Positions 18,443 to 28,823 of a stretch of DNA of 64,000 nucleotides are shown piece after piece. The stretch is taken from contig JBLWTJ010000002.1 in assembly GCA_048270185.1 (NCBI GenBank), forward strand, positions 128,001 through 192,000, in the 5' to 3' direction. The stretch's first letter is position 1; each line of letters starts with the position of its first letter. Both the position numbers and the translations under genes were made by a program. The notes beneath the pieces are model-generated. The model was not told the origin of the DNA. It was given only the letters and a program-made list of their open reading frames with translations, and ran no database searches. The DNA comes from Bacteriovoracaceae bacterium. Lineage in GTDB: Bacteria > Bdellovibrionota > Bacteriovoracia > Bacteriovoracales > Bacteriovoracaceae.

Positions 18443-19784
18443 ATAATTTCTTCCATAATTCCTTTTTCTCTGAATTAAGCTTAGGAAAATAGGTTTGAGA
18501 ATTTTCCGTTGCTCCTACTCTATAGTAGCTCTCAAGTGCTAAGCTGTAAAAATCTTTTCGTAGAACATCTTTATCACGACGATCGGCACGACCAAGTATA
18601 TCTTTTCGATAGCGATCTGCGATGGCAAGATTTGTCGTCTCTACTTCCCTCGTATTTGTCCACAAGAAAGCGATTCTCTTCTTCAATTCCTCTTTACTCC
18701 AAAGCTTCATTCCAAACTCTTTTGCAAAGCCTGCTTCGTTAAATTTAGCAAATGTCGGTGTCCCATACTTACTAAAGAATAATTCACGAATATAGTAAAT
18801 ACCTTGGATACGCTTTGTGATAAATTCATTCTGACTTAAAAATTTATTATCTGATACGTAAATGATATTGCGATTTATTTGAGAAAGACGATACCAGCTT
18901 CCATAATCTAACTCTTTCATCTCTTCGTTAGCATAGCCACGTAAATTAATAACAGGCTTACTTGCTTCTTCATTTTTTATACCAAGTTGTTCCTCATCAC
19001 GAAACTTCAAGTAGCTATCATCCCCTATGGAAACATAAGTTTCAAATGATGGTGAATATGCTTCAAATGAATACAGTGGTGAATGAATAAAGAAGCGGCT
19101 CTTTCGAAAAACTTTCTTATTATTTTTTTCAATTTCATCATTGATGAATTTGGCCATGGAACGATATTTAAGTCCACTATCGTAAAGGTACTCCATCAGA
19201 GGAGTTTGATCATCCATGACAATCGGATTGGCCTCTAGAATAGGTAGAGGTAGAAAGATTGAGTCAGTATCACGAACAGTGTTTACTTGTACCTTTTCTT
19301 TACTTCTTGAGAGAAAGAGTAGATTTCCAACATTGGCCCTAATATTAAAGAAGACTTCATCTTTTAGAATATTAATTTCTTTAAATGAAATAGAACTCTC
19401 AGGAGACATACGTATTAGAGTTCCGTCAAAGAGCATGAGCCATAAGTAACTATCGACTCCTGTTTCAATATCATCAGCTTCTTTGATCAAACTACGATGA
19501 TTCAATTGATTGCTACCAAGTCCACGAAAGAGAGTACACTCACCAACGCACTTAATAACCCTGCCCATTTCTTCACGAAGCCCTTTCATTTTTTGAAGAT
19601 CTCGCCACAGAGGATAATTCTCTTTAAATTTTTTTGAGTCTTTCCAATTATCAAAACTTAGCCAATCTTTTGCCTTGAGATTATCCCAGTCAACAAGTGA
19701 CTTCCTATCTTCTTTGAAACGAAGTTCGCTGGCCCAAATATTGGATACGAGAATGGTGAGAAGTAATAAAACACGTAGCATCAT
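18360..19784 (-). CDS. secreted hypothetical protein with FecR-like segment
   Basis: Signal peptide MMLRVLLLL; IETGVDSYLWLMLFDGTLIRMSPES resembles FecR. Confidence 0.6.
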   Translation of the reverse strand: MMLRVLLLLTILVSNIWASELRFKEDRKSLVDWDNLKAKDWLSFDNWKDSKKFKENYPLWRDLQKMKGLREEMGRVIKCVGECTLFRGLGSNQLNHRSLIKEADDIETGVDSYLWLMLFDGTLIRMSPESSISFKEINILKDEVFFNIRANVGNLLFLSRSKEKVQVNTVRDTDSIFLPLPILEANPIVMDDQTPLMEYLYDSGLKYRSMAKFINDEIEKNNKKVFRKSRFFIHSPLYSFEAYSPSFETYVSIGDDSYLKFRDEEQLGIKNEEASKPVINLRGYANEEMKELDYGSWYRLSQINRNIIYVSDNKFLSQNEFITKRIQGIYYIRELFFSKYGTPTFAKFNEAGFAKEFGMKLWSKEELKKRIAFLWTNTREVETTNLAIADRYRKDILGRADRRDKDVLRKDFYSLALESYYRVGATENSQTYFPKLNSEKKELWKKLYGINTKVYPGLRKPAPQGTFILDENSN

Positions 19785-19945
19785 GAACTTCTTCGACAAA
19801 TCTGGCCATCTTCCAAAATGGCAGCACCATATTGGAACTTTTTCGGTAAGAATTGCCACTTTCAGGCCTCTCTAAACTGTCAAAATCATGGGTTTCGTGT
19901 TAAATTTTGGGCCAAATATTAATTTGTATGAATAAGGTTGATACG

Positions 19946-22900
19946 ATGAGTCAGGATAATGGACAATTTTCTTTTGTTAACACAGAACACGAAGTCTTAA
20001 AATTTTGGGAAGACAACGATATTTTCCAAAAATCACTAGAACAAACAAAGGAAAAAGAGCCATATATTTTCTATGATGGCCCTCCATTTGCCACTGGTCT
20101 TCCTCACCACGGTCACCTACTTGCTGGAACACTAAAAGATATCGTTCCAAGATATTGGACAATGAAAGGACGCTACGTTCAAAGAAGATTTGGATGGGAT
20201 ACCCATGGACTTCCAATTGAGCAAGAGATCAATAAGAAATTAAAAATGACTGCTCACGAAGCTTTAGAAAAGCTTGGTGTTGCAGGCTACAACCAAGAGT
20301 GTCGCTCAATTGTTGATCGCTACACAACTGAATGGCGTAAAACAGTAACTCGCCTTGGACGTTGGGTAGACTTTGACAATGACTACAAGACAATGGATCC
20401 AACTTTCATGGAGTCATGTTGGTGGGTATTCAAATCTCTTTGGGATAAGAATATGGTCTACAAGGGAACAAAGGTTGTTCCTTACTCAACAGGCCTAGGA
20501 ACAGGACTTTCAAACTTTGAAGCCGGTCTTGATTATCGTGATGTTCAAGACCCAGCTGTAACTGTTCTTTTCAAATTAGATGATCCTTCAAGCGCAGGTG
20601 CTGACTACGTTGCAGCATGGACGACTACTCCATGGACACTTCCGTCTAACCTTGCACTTTGTGTTGGGCCAGATGTTGATTACGTTCGCGTAAAAGATAA
20701 TGACCGTGGTGTTACAATTATTTTTGCTGAAGCGAGAGTTGAAACTTTTGCAAAGAAGCGCAACCTTGAAGTTGTTGGTGAATCTTTCAAAGGGAGCGAG
20801 CTTCTAGGTCTTACTTATGAGCCACTTTTTGATTTCTTCGCAAATCTTAAAGAAGAAGGTGCTTTTAAAATCTTAAACGATGAATACGTTACAACTGATA
20901 GTGGTACAGGTATTGTTCACCAAGCACCGGCCTTCGGGGAAGACGATAATCGAATCTGTAAAGAAGCCGGTATGATGGCAGAAGTTTGCCCAATCGATGA
21001 TGCCGGACAATTCACAAAAGAAGTATCGAAGTATGCAGGTCTGTATGTAAAAGATGCAGACAAAGAAATCATTAAAGATCTAAAAGATAATACAAAATTA
21101 TACGATCACGGAAACCTCGTGCACAGCTACCCTTTTTGCTACCGCTCAGGAACTCCACTAATCTATCGTACAATTCCACAGTGGTATGTAAAAGTAGAAG
21201 AAATCGTTGATAAATTAGTTGCTAATAATAAGCAAATCCACTGGGTACCAGGTCACATCAAAGCTGGTCGTTTTGGTAAGTGGCTAGAGAACGCTCGCGA
21301 CTGGGCCGTATCTCGTACACGTGTCTGGGGAACTCCTCTTCCAGTTTGGATCAACGATGAAACAGGAAATATGAAATGTATTGGTTCAATTGAAGAACTA
21401 AAAGAGCTTTCAGGTGTCGAGCTGACAGACCTTCACCGTGAGTATACCGATGAAGTGACTTTTACTATTGCAGGAGAGGAAGGAACGTATAAGCGTATTC
21501 CAGATGTATTCGACTGTTGGTTTGAGTCAGGTTCTATGCCATATGCCCAACTTCACTACCCGTTTGAAAACAAAGAAATTTTTGAAAATGGATTCCCTGC
21601 TGAATTCATCGCAGAAGGACTCGACCAAACACGTGGTTGGTTCTATACACTAACAATTCTTTCTACCGCCCTATTTGATAAGCCCGCTTTCAAGAACGTA
21701 ATCGTTAACGGTTTAGTTCTTGCTGAAGATGGTAAGAAGATGAGTAAGTCTTTAAGAAACTTCACTGCTCCAGATGAGCTTATGGAAGAATTTGGATCAG
21801 ACGCTCTAAGGCTATACTTAATCAACTCTGGTCTTGTTAAAGGAGAAGAGCAGCGCTTTACTGATGCTGGTGTTAAGGACATGGTTCGCCGCGCTCTACT
21901 TCCATGGCAAAACTCTTTTAAATTCTTCCAAACATACGCTTCAATTGATGGATGGAATTTCAATGAGCACGCAGAAAGTGGTGATAATATCACTGACAAC
22001 TGGGTTATCTCAAAACTACAAACTCTTAAAGAAAATATTGAAGCAGAAATGGCACAGTACCAACTCTACAATGTTGTTCCGGCCCTATTTAACTTCATTG
22101 AAGATTTAACAAATTGGTATATCCGCCTCAACCGTTCTCGTTTTTGGGGAGAAGGCCTAACTTCAGATAAGAAGCAAGCCTACACGACTCTTTATACAAC
22201 TCTTAAAGAAGTAACGATTGCCATGGCACCATTTGCACCATTCCTATCTGAACATATTTTTTCAGAGCTTAAGAAATTTGATTCAAGTGAGAAGACTCTT
22301 TCTGTTCACCTTTGTGATTACCCTGTTGCAAATAAAGAGCTTAAGAATTCAATTCTTGAAGATGCCGTTGATAGAATGCAACAGATTATCCTACTTGGTC
22401 GTCAAAAACGTAACCAAGTACAGATCAAGGTTAAGACTCCACTTGCTCGTCTAAGTGTTATTCACAAAGACCAAGCTCTTTTAGATGAAATCAAAAAGCT
22501 TGAAGGATATATTCAGTCAGAACTTAACGTTAAGAGCGTTGAGTACACAACTGACGAAGACCACTACATCAAGCTATATGCAAAACCAAACTCACCAGTT
22601 CTAGGAAAACGCCTAGGAAAAGAATTTGGTAAGTTTATGGGTATTATCTCAAAACTTGGTGCAGCAGAGCTTAATGAACTAGAAGAGAAAGGAAGCTTAG
22701 AGCTTGCCGGTCAAACTTTTGCTCCAGAAGATATCCTAATTTTCCGTGAAGCGAAGGAAGGTACTCAGGCACTATCAAATCGTTATATCTCAATCGATAT
22801 CGACACGAATCTTTCAGAAGATCTGATCCTTGAAGGTCTTGCTCGTGAGGTTGTTAATAGAATCCAAAGAACAAGAAAAGATTCGGGATTTAATGTTGAA

Positions 22901-23077
22901 GACAGAATTGAAGTTAGCTTTAATGCAACGGAGCTTCTTGCTAAGGCCATTGTGACTCACACTGACTACATCACAAAAGAGACTCTTTCTAACTCTCTAA
23001 CAGTAAGCAGTGAAGCTCTTGAGCATGAGTTTAAGGTTGATGAAGAAAATCTAAAAATGACAATTACAAAAGCATAA
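19946..23077 (+). CDS. ileS: isoleucine--tRNA ligase (type 2)
   Basis: DGPPFATGLPHHGH, WTTTPWTLPSN, GTGIVHQAPAFGEDD, EGLDQTRGWF, KMSKS; long C-terminus (EGLAREVVNRIQ..RK) without the type-1 Zn finger. Confidence 0.97.
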   Translation: MSQDNGQFSFVNTEHEVLKFWEDNDIFQKSLEQTKEKEPYIFYDGPPFATGLPHHGHLLAGTLKDIVPRYWTMKGRYVQRRFGWDTHGLPIEQEINKKLKMTAHEALEKLGVAGYNQECRSIVDRYTTEWRKTVTRLGRWVDFDNDYKTMDPTFMESCWWVFKSLWDKNMVYKGTKVVPYSTGLGTGLSNFEAGLDYRDVQDPAVTVLFKLDDPSSAGADYVAAWTTTPWTLPSNLALCVGPDVDYVRVKDNDRGVTIIFAEARVETFAKKRNLEVVGESFKGSELLGLTYEPLFDFFANLKEEGAFKILNDEYVTTDSGTGIVHQAPAFGEDDNRICKEAGMMAEVCPIDDAGQFTKEVSKYAGLYVKDADKEIIKDLKDNTKLYDHGNLVHSYPFCYRSGTPLIYRTIPQWYVKVEEIVDKLVANNKQIHWVPGHIKAGRFGKWLENARDWAVSRTRVWGTPLPVWINDETGNMKCIGSIEELKELSGVELTDLHREYTDEVTFTIAGEEGTYKRIPDVFDCWFESGSMPYAQLHYPFENKEIFENGFPAEFIAEGLDQTRGWFYTLTILSTALFDKPAFKNVIVNGLVLAEDGKKMSKSLRNFTAPDELMEEFGSDALRLYLINSGLVKGEEQRFTDAGVKDMVRRALLPWQNSFKFFQTYASIDGWNFNEHAESGDNITDNWVISKLQTLKENIEAEMAQYQLYNVVPALFNFIEDLTNWYIRLNRSRFWGEGLTSDKKQAYTTLYTTLKEVTIAMAPFAPFLSEHIFSELKKFDSSEKTLSVHLCDYPVANKELKNSILEDAVDRMQQIILLGRQKRNQVQIKVKTPLARLSVIHKDQALLDEIKKLEGYIQSELNVKSVEYTTDEDHYIKLYAKPNSPVLGKRLGKEFGKFMGIISKLGAAELNELEEKGSLELAGQTFAPEDILIFREAKEGTQALSNRYISIDIDTNLSEDLILEGLAREVVNRIQRTRKDSGFNVEDRIEVSFNATELLAKAIVTHTDYITKETLSNSLTVSSEALEHEFKVDEENLKMTITKA

Positions 23078-23108
23078 AAAGAAAGCCTCCACTACGGAGG
23101 CTTTTTTT
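23076..23108. terminator. bidirectional intrinsic terminator
   Basis: A run-GCCTCC-ACTAC-GGAGGC-T run between convergent genes. Confidence 0.85.
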
Positions 23109-24129
23109 ATTCTTTAATTAAAGCATAGCCTATAGGCTTAGGATTGAGGTCATAACATTCATACTTCTTATAATCTTTAAGAGCATCTAGTTTTTCTCCT
23201 TGAACTACAACTTCGCCTCTTGCAACAAGTTTAACTTCTTCATCTGTTACTTTGAACCATGTTCCATTATGAATATTACGATCAGTGTAACTTAAAATAC
23301 CTACTTCCATACAGATATTACGACTGCTTTCAATTACTTTATTCGTTTCTATATCAAAGAACTTTTCATAATCAGTGGCCTCTTCAAAAGTTCCAGTTTT
23401 AATTTTGACCTGATATTCAGATGCTACTGTTTCAATTGAAAAGAGCTTTCCATCAGCTGGCATCGAAATGACTCGACGACGAATATATCGTTGTACTGGG
23501 CCACTTTCTTTATTCTCGTAGAAAGTTGGTACTTGGATAGTCGCACCAGTATAAATTTTTTCAACACGTAAACCTTCACAGCCTTCAGGCTGAACGAGAT
23601 CTTCCAAATCAACTAGGTCCACTCGTCCAGTAACACAGCCCCTACCTTCAGCATTCTTTAGTGTTACCTTATTTCCGCCTTCAAAAAATAATTCTTTTGT
23701 TACCATAAAAATATCGTGAGCTTTGAAATCATCTTTCTCTAGTTCATAGAACCTTAGATCTCCATTACCTCTTGAATAGACTGCACGGTTTGAAATCACT
23801 TTTCCAAATTTTGATACAAGTTGAAAGTGTCCTTCGAGAATACTCTCATCAAGCTTGATATTTAGATTAAGGTAAGTTTCATTATCTTCTGATTTAAATA
23901 AATCTTTGTTTTCAGCTTTATCATAGTCAAAAATAAACATACGAGTATTTGTTAAGCCAACTTGACCACACTCATCTTCTGCTATGACAAGATTAGTATC
24001 AATACTCTGACACTCAATAAGATGTGCTACTGAGTTCATAGCCTCAATATTTGCCAATAAAGACTGTTGATCTTTTTTTCCACACGAAATAATCGTTAAT
24101 AGTAAAATTACTAATGATATTTTTTTCAT
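23107..24129 (-). CDS. hypothetical lipoprotein
   Basis: Lipobox IISC; paralog of the neighbouring gene. Confidence 0.8.
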   Translation of the reverse strand: MKKISLVILLLTIISCGKKDQQSLLANIEAMNSVAHLIECQSIDTNLVIAEDECGQVGLTNTRMFIFDYDKAENKDLFKSEDNETYLNLNIKLDESILEGHFQLVSKFGKVISNRAVYSRGNGDLRFYELEKDDFKAHDIFMVTKELFFEGGNKVTLKNAEGRGCVTGRVDLVDLEDLVQPEGCEGLRVEKIYTGATIQVPTFYENKESGPVQRYIRRRVISMPADGKLFSIETVASEYQVKIKTGTFEEATDYEKFFDIETNKVIESSRNICMEVGILSYTDRNIHNGTWFKVTDEEVKLVARGEVVVQGEKLDALKDYKKYECYDLNPKPIGYALIKE

Positions 24130-24149
24130 ACTCTCTCTCCTTTAAGTAA

Positions 24150-25151
24150 TTATTCTTTAATGATGATTGTTCCTGAAAGTTTTGGTTCAACGGGATAACA
24201 TTTTTCAACTCGGTAATTGCCATGAAATGGATGATGCTTTCCTCTAATTACAATATTTCCAAAAGGTTGTTTTTTAATTAATTCATAATTCTGATCGGCC
24301 CATCCTCCGTTGATACCAGGTCCTTGAATAGCTAAAATTCCTTCGATCTCACAAACTTCACGACTAATCAGCGATGATCTCAAACCAAACTCCGTTGCCT
24401 CGACATTAAAGAATCGCGAATAATCCATGTCTCTTTCTTGCATATATTTTAAAACTCGGTAATTGATACGGTACTGAGCACTTCCGTAGCCCCCAAAGTT
24501 TAAAATGATAGGGTTTACATCTGTCATATCAAAATCTTTATTCTCAAAATAAACAGGTGCTAGAACTTTAGCACTCAAATTAGGGATAACTTTTAGACTC
24601 GGGCAAGTACCTTGAAGATCTTCTAAGTTAATTTCCTCAACATTGAAGACTCCCGTATCACAACTTTGATCTCTTTCAAGAGCAACGGCCGTCGAAGTTG
24701 TACCACCAGTATAATAATCCTTGAGTTTGAGATGAAGATCGTGACTGATAAAATCACCTGAACGCAATTCCTTAAAGATCATTTCACTCTTACCATCATA
24801 GAAGACTTCTTCACTGAGTACTTTTCCGTATTTTGAAACGATGTAGAAGTAGCCTTGAAAGTTGCCCTTTGATGAAATTCGTAGAGTCAGACGACTTGGT
24901 TTTAAAAGTGATTCTGTCATAACCTCTTCTTGAGGGACAGATAGAAGAAAGAGTTTTTCTTCACTAACAAAGCTTGTTGGACATGTGATATCGGCTTTTA
25001 AAAAATTTGTTTTAATGGATTCGCATTGAACTTCTTGATCAGTAAGTGTTGTCACTGAAAACGGAGCATGTGATTGAAGTTGCTGTATGGCTTCATTGGA
25101 CTTGCCACATGAGATGAATAAGATAAATGGAATTAATAAAATTGAACGCAT
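24150..25151 (-). CDS. hypothetical lipoprotein
   Basis: Lipobox FISC; shares VSK(Y/F)GKV(L/I)S and the Cys pattern with 23107-24129. Confidence 0.8.
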   Translation of the reverse strand: MRSILLIPFILFISCGKSNEAIQQLQSHAPFSVTTLTDQEVQCESIKTNFLKADITCPTSFVSEEKLFLLSVPQEEVMTESLLKPSRLTLRISSKGNFQGYFYIVSKYGKVLSEEVFYDGKSEMIFKELRSGDFISHDLHLKLKDYYTGGTTSTAVALERDQSCDTGVFNVEEINLEDLQGTCPSLKVIPNLSAKVLAPVYFENKDFDMTDVNPIILNFGGYGSAQYRINYRVLKYMQERDMDYSRFFNVEATEFGLRSSLISREVCEIEGILAIQGPGINGGWADQNYELIKKQPFGNIVIRGKHHPFHGNYRVEKCYPVEPKLSGTIIIKE

Positions 25152-25246
25152 AAACTCTCCCTTTTGAAATTAAGGCTTTATAGCCAAGCTTTTCAAAAAG
25201 GAGATTTTTTTTCTAAATTGAAATGATTAAATTCTATATTGGGAAA

Positions 25247-25582
25247 TTAAGATCCAAAGCCCTTAAGTTGTTCCCCTCCAAGTACGTGAAAGTGCGTGTG
25301 AAAAACACTCTGGCAACCATGATCGTTGATATTTGAGACCACACGGAAACCTTCTTCTTCAAGCTTATTTGATTGAGTAAACTCTTTAATGGCCGCAAAA
25401 ATATCAGTAATATCCTTAGGCTCCATCTCATTAACGTTCTTTGAGTGGTTACGATGAATGAATAAGTAATGCTCTTTTGCAAGAGGTTGGATATCTGCAA
25501 ATGCGTAAACATTTTCGTTTTCAAAAACTTTCTTTGAAGGGATATCACCATTTAAAATCTTACAAAATAAACAATCACTCAT
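25247..25582 (-). CDS. hinT: HIT family nucleotide hydrolase
   Basis: DCLFCKI, QSVFHTHFHVLGG histidine triad. Confidence 0.92.
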   Translation of the reverse strand: MSDCLFCKILNGDIPSKKVFENENVYAFADIQPLAKEHYLFIHRNHSKNVNEMEPKDITDIFAAIKEFTQSNKLEEEGFRVVSNINDHGCQSVFHTHFHVLGGEQLKGFGS

Positions 25583-25591
25583 AGTCAGTCC

Positions 25592-26842
25592 TTATTCGTT
25601 TACAAGCTCAACACTTGCACCAAGTTTCTTAAGTTTCTCAGGAAGATCTTCATAACCACGCTGAAGATGGTAAACACGATCAATTTTTGTATCACCCTGT
25701 GCACATAAGGCCGCAAGAACCAGGGCCGCCGAAGCACGAAGGTCAGTACACATAACAGGAGCTGCCGTTAGAGGCTTTCCACCTTCAATAAAGACAGAGC
25801 TTCCAAGTTGTTCAATGCTTGCACCAAGACGAGTTAGTTCTGGTACGTGCATAAAGCGATTTTCAAAAATATTTTCAGTTACAAGTGAGTTTCCTTCAAC
25901 AACAGTTAAAAGAGCAACCATTTGTGCTTGAACATCAGTTGGGAATCCTGGAAATGGTTCTGTCACAACTTTAGAACCTTTAAGTGTTGAAGGGAAAGTC
26001 TTAACGAAATTATCCCCTACTTCAAGCTTAGCTCCCATTCCTTGTAAGTTTTCTAAAACATTGAAGAGATGCTTTGGATTAAAATCCTTTACCGTAACCT
26101 CAGACTTCGTCATAAGGCCTCCGATAATATATGTTGCGGCTTCAATACGATCACCAATGGCTTGATAAGTTCCACCACTTAATTCTTTTACTCCATTGAT
26201 CACAACGCGTGATGTTCCGATCCCCGTTATATTAGCACCAAGAGAGTTTAGAAAATTTGATAGGTCATCAATTTCTGGCTCCATGGCAGCATTTTCAATA
26301 ATAGTTTCACCGTCAGCGAATACTCCGGCCATAATAAGGTTTTCAGTGGCACCAACCGATGGAAATTTTAACTTAACATGAGCACCTTTTAGGTGATCTG
26401 TTTGGGCCCATACATAGCCGCTCTTCATTTCAATCTTAACATTCATCTTTTCAAGATTTTCTAGGTGAATATCAATAGGACGAGTACCAATAGCACAACC
26501 ACCAGGAAGTGAAACCTTGGCCTTACCAAGACGCGATAGAAGTGGACCTAGAACAAAGATTGAAGCACGCATTGTTTTAACAAGCTCATAAGTTGCTTCG
26601 TGAGAACTTAGTGTTGAAGCATCAAAAGTAATATCTTTTCCATTGCGATCACATGTCACCCCCATAATCTCAAGCAGTTTAAGCATTGTGTTGATATCAC
26701 GAAGACCAGGAAGGTTTGTAAGAGTCACTTTCTTATCTGTTAATAAGATTGCGGCCAGAATTGGCAGGTATGCATTCTTTGCAGGAGAAATTGAAACTTC
26801 ACCTGATAATTTTGCCGGACCTTTAACAATAATTTTATCCAT
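25592..26842 (-). CDS. murA: UDP-N-acetylglucosamine 1-carboxyvinyltransferase
   Basis: AKNA, LPGGCAIGTRPIDIH (catalytic Cys), PGFPTDVQAQ, TDLRA. Confidence 0.98.
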   Translation of the reverse strand: MDKIIVKGPAKLSGEVSISPAKNAYLPILAAILLTDKKVTLTNLPGLRDINTMLKLLEIMGVTCDRNGKDITFDASTLSSHEATYELVKTMRASIFVLGPLLSRLGKAKVSLPGGCAIGTRPIDIHLENLEKMNVKIEMKSGYVWAQTDHLKGAHVKLKFPSVGATENLIMAGVFADGETIIENAAMEPEIDDLSNFLNSLGANITGIGTSRVVINGVKELSGGTYQAIGDRIEAATYIIGGLMTKSEVTVKDFNPKHLFNVLENLQGMGAKLEVGDNFVKTFPSTLKGSKVVTEPFPGFPTDVQAQMVALLTVVEGNSLVTENIFENRFMHVPELTRLGASIEQLGSSVFIEGGKPLTAAPVMCTDLRASAALVLAALCAQGDTKIDRVYHLQRGYEDLPEKLKKLGASVELVNE

Positions 26843-27719
26843 TCTTTATTCCCTTTAGAAAGCGATAGCGATCTGTGTAGTCTTTGATTAATTCAATACT
26901 CCCAAAATCGTATTCGCTTAAAATATCCCTTAAACGTTCCAGATGCAATTCACTGCCTTCCATTATGAACAGGCCACCTTCTTTGATCTTAGCGGCCACT
27001 TGTTTAAAGAAATTATTAAACCAATTATCATAATCTTGATCTTTTAAGTAAAGGGCCAGGTGCGGTTCAAATTGATGAACCTGTCCATGTACCTCACTTA
27101 GGTCGGCCTTCTCCATAATATAGGGAGGATTACTGATAATGATGTCGAATTCTTCGTTAATGTCATTTAAAAGATCTGATTCAGCGAACTCAATCTTTAC
27201 AGTTTTTGGGTAACGGTAGCGGTGAAAGAATTTATTGGCGCGGGCAACATCTAAGGCCTTTGGGCTAATATCACTCGCAATAATACGCGCGTTGATTTCA
27301 CCAATTTCCCCAGCAAGGCTAAGGGCAATGGCACCGCTTCCCGTTCCCACATCGGCAATCGTAAGGTCATTTAATTTGTTCTTCTTTATATACTCAGCTG
27401 TCCACTCCACCATGATTTCAGTTTCACTGCGCGGAATGAGGACATTTGAATTGACGTAGAAAGATGAACGATAAAAGAAAGATCGATTGCTGATATATTC
27501 CAGAGGAATACCTTGTTTAACTTTTTTTAGAAATTGTTCGATGACACCTTTATTTTCAGAAATATAGATGTCATCAAATTGTGAGTCGAGAATGCGACAG
27601 TAATTCTTAAGCTCTAGTCTCAATCTCACAAGATTAATTCCAGGGTAGTTTGCCTCTAAGAAAGACTGATTCTCATCGTAGAAATTACTAATATAGTCGC
27701 CAAGAGTAGTGAAGCTCAC
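26835..27719 (-). CDS. prmC: release factor glutamine methyltransferase
   Basis: VLIPRSETE, DVGTGSGAI, SNPPY; follows prfA. Confidence 0.93.
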   Translation of the reverse strand: MSFTTLGDYISNFYDENQSFLEANYPGINLVRLRLELKNYCRILDSQFDDIYISENKGVIEQFLKKVKQGIPLEYISNRSFFYRSSFYVNSNVLIPRSETEIMVEWTAEYIKKNKLNDLTIADVGTGSGAIALSLAGEIGEINARIIASDISPKALDVARANKFFHRYRYPKTVKIEFAESDLLNDINEEFDIIISNPPYIMEKADLSEVHGQVHQFEPHLALYLKDQDYDNWFNNFFKQVAAKIKEGGLFIMEGSELHLERLRDILSEYDFGSIELIKDYTDRYRFLKGIKNG

Positions 27720-27723
27720 TTTA

Positions 27724-28794
27724 CTACTCTTCTTGACCTTTCATTAGTTCTGCTTGGTTGTGTGCAACAAGAGCGTCAACAACTGGCTCCATATCACCTT
27801 CAATAATTTTATCCAGTGAGTAAAGAGTAAGACCAATACGGTGGTCTGTTAGACGTCCCTGAGGAAAGTTATACGTTCTAATACGCTCAGAACGATCACC
27901 TGTTCCAATAAGTCCCTTTCTCTCAGCTGCTTCTTCAGCATTCTTTTCTTGAAGCATCTTATCGAAGATACGAGCAGCAAGAATCTTCTTTGCTTTTTCT
28001 TTATTCTTCAGCTGTGATTTCTGGTCTTGGTTATAAACGGCAATTCCTGTTGGGATGTGAGTCATACGAACGGCCGAGTCAGTCGTGTTAACGTGCTGTC
28101 CACCGGAACCAGAGGCACGCATTACTTCAACACGTACATCATTCATATCAAGCTCCCACTCTAAATCTTCAGTTTCCGGCATTACCGCAACAGTGATTGT
28201 TGAAGTGTGAACACGTCCTTGAGACTCAGTCTTAGGAACACGTTGAACTCTATGGACACCTGATTCGTACTTCATTTTTGAATAAACTTTCTCTCCAGAG
28301 ATTGAGAAGATAACCTCTTTAATCCCTTCATCATTTTCAGAAAGTGAATCGATCTCAACTTTCCATCCAAGTGAGCGAGCGTAGTTTTGATACATTCTAA
28401 GAACATCTCCAGAGAAGATAGAGGCCTCGTCCCCGCCGGCTCCGGCACGGATTTCAACCATAACGTTCTTATCATCAAGAGGATCTTTTGGAAGGAGAAG
28501 AATCTTAAGTTCATCTTCCATCTGTGGAAGTAATGGCTCGTTCTCTTCAAGAACTTCTTTTGCCATCTCTTTCATATCAGGATCATTTTCCTTAAGCATT
28601 TCTTTTGCTTCAGCAATGTCTTCTTTAATTTGCTTATATTTCTTATAAGCGACAACAACGTCTTCAAGACTTGATCTCTCTGAAGAGATGGCCTTAAATT
28701 CATCTTGTCTGTCATATAATGTTGGGTCTGCCATTTTTTCTGTTAGCACTTCAAAGCGCTGTACAACAGAATCAAGCTTATCAAACATACTCAT
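27724..28794 (-). CDS. prfA: peptide chain release factor 1
   Basis: RVPKTE (PxT), GGQ, DRSERIRTYNFPQGR. Confidence 0.98.
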   Translation of the reverse strand: MSMFDKLDSVVQRFEVLTEKMADPTLYDRQDEFKAISSERSSLEDVVVAYKKYKQIKEDIAEAKEMLKENDPDMKEMAKEVLEENEPLLPQMEDELKILLLPKDPLDDKNVMVEIRAGAGGDEASIFSGDVLRMYQNYARSLGWKVEIDSLSENDEGIKEVIFSISGEKVYSKMKYESGVHRVQRVPKTESQGRVHTSTITVAVMPETEDLEWELDMNDVRVEVMRASGSGGQHVNTTDSAVRMTHIPTGIAVYNQDQKSQLKNKEKAKKILAARIFDKMLQEKNAEEAAERKGLIGTGDRSERIRTYNFPQGRLTDHRIGLTLYSLDKIIEGDMEPVVDALVAHNQAELMKGQEE

Positions 28795-28823
28795 TTAAAA
28801 TCCTTTTGGTCATCGACAGCCTA

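Noticed and set aside
19860..19945. T-box upstream of ileS
   Set aside because: Region too short and lacks the TGGNACCGCG motif
28795..28823. Absence of rpmE between rho and prfA
   Set aside because: A simple gene-order difference with no remnant; uninformative without the rest of the genome
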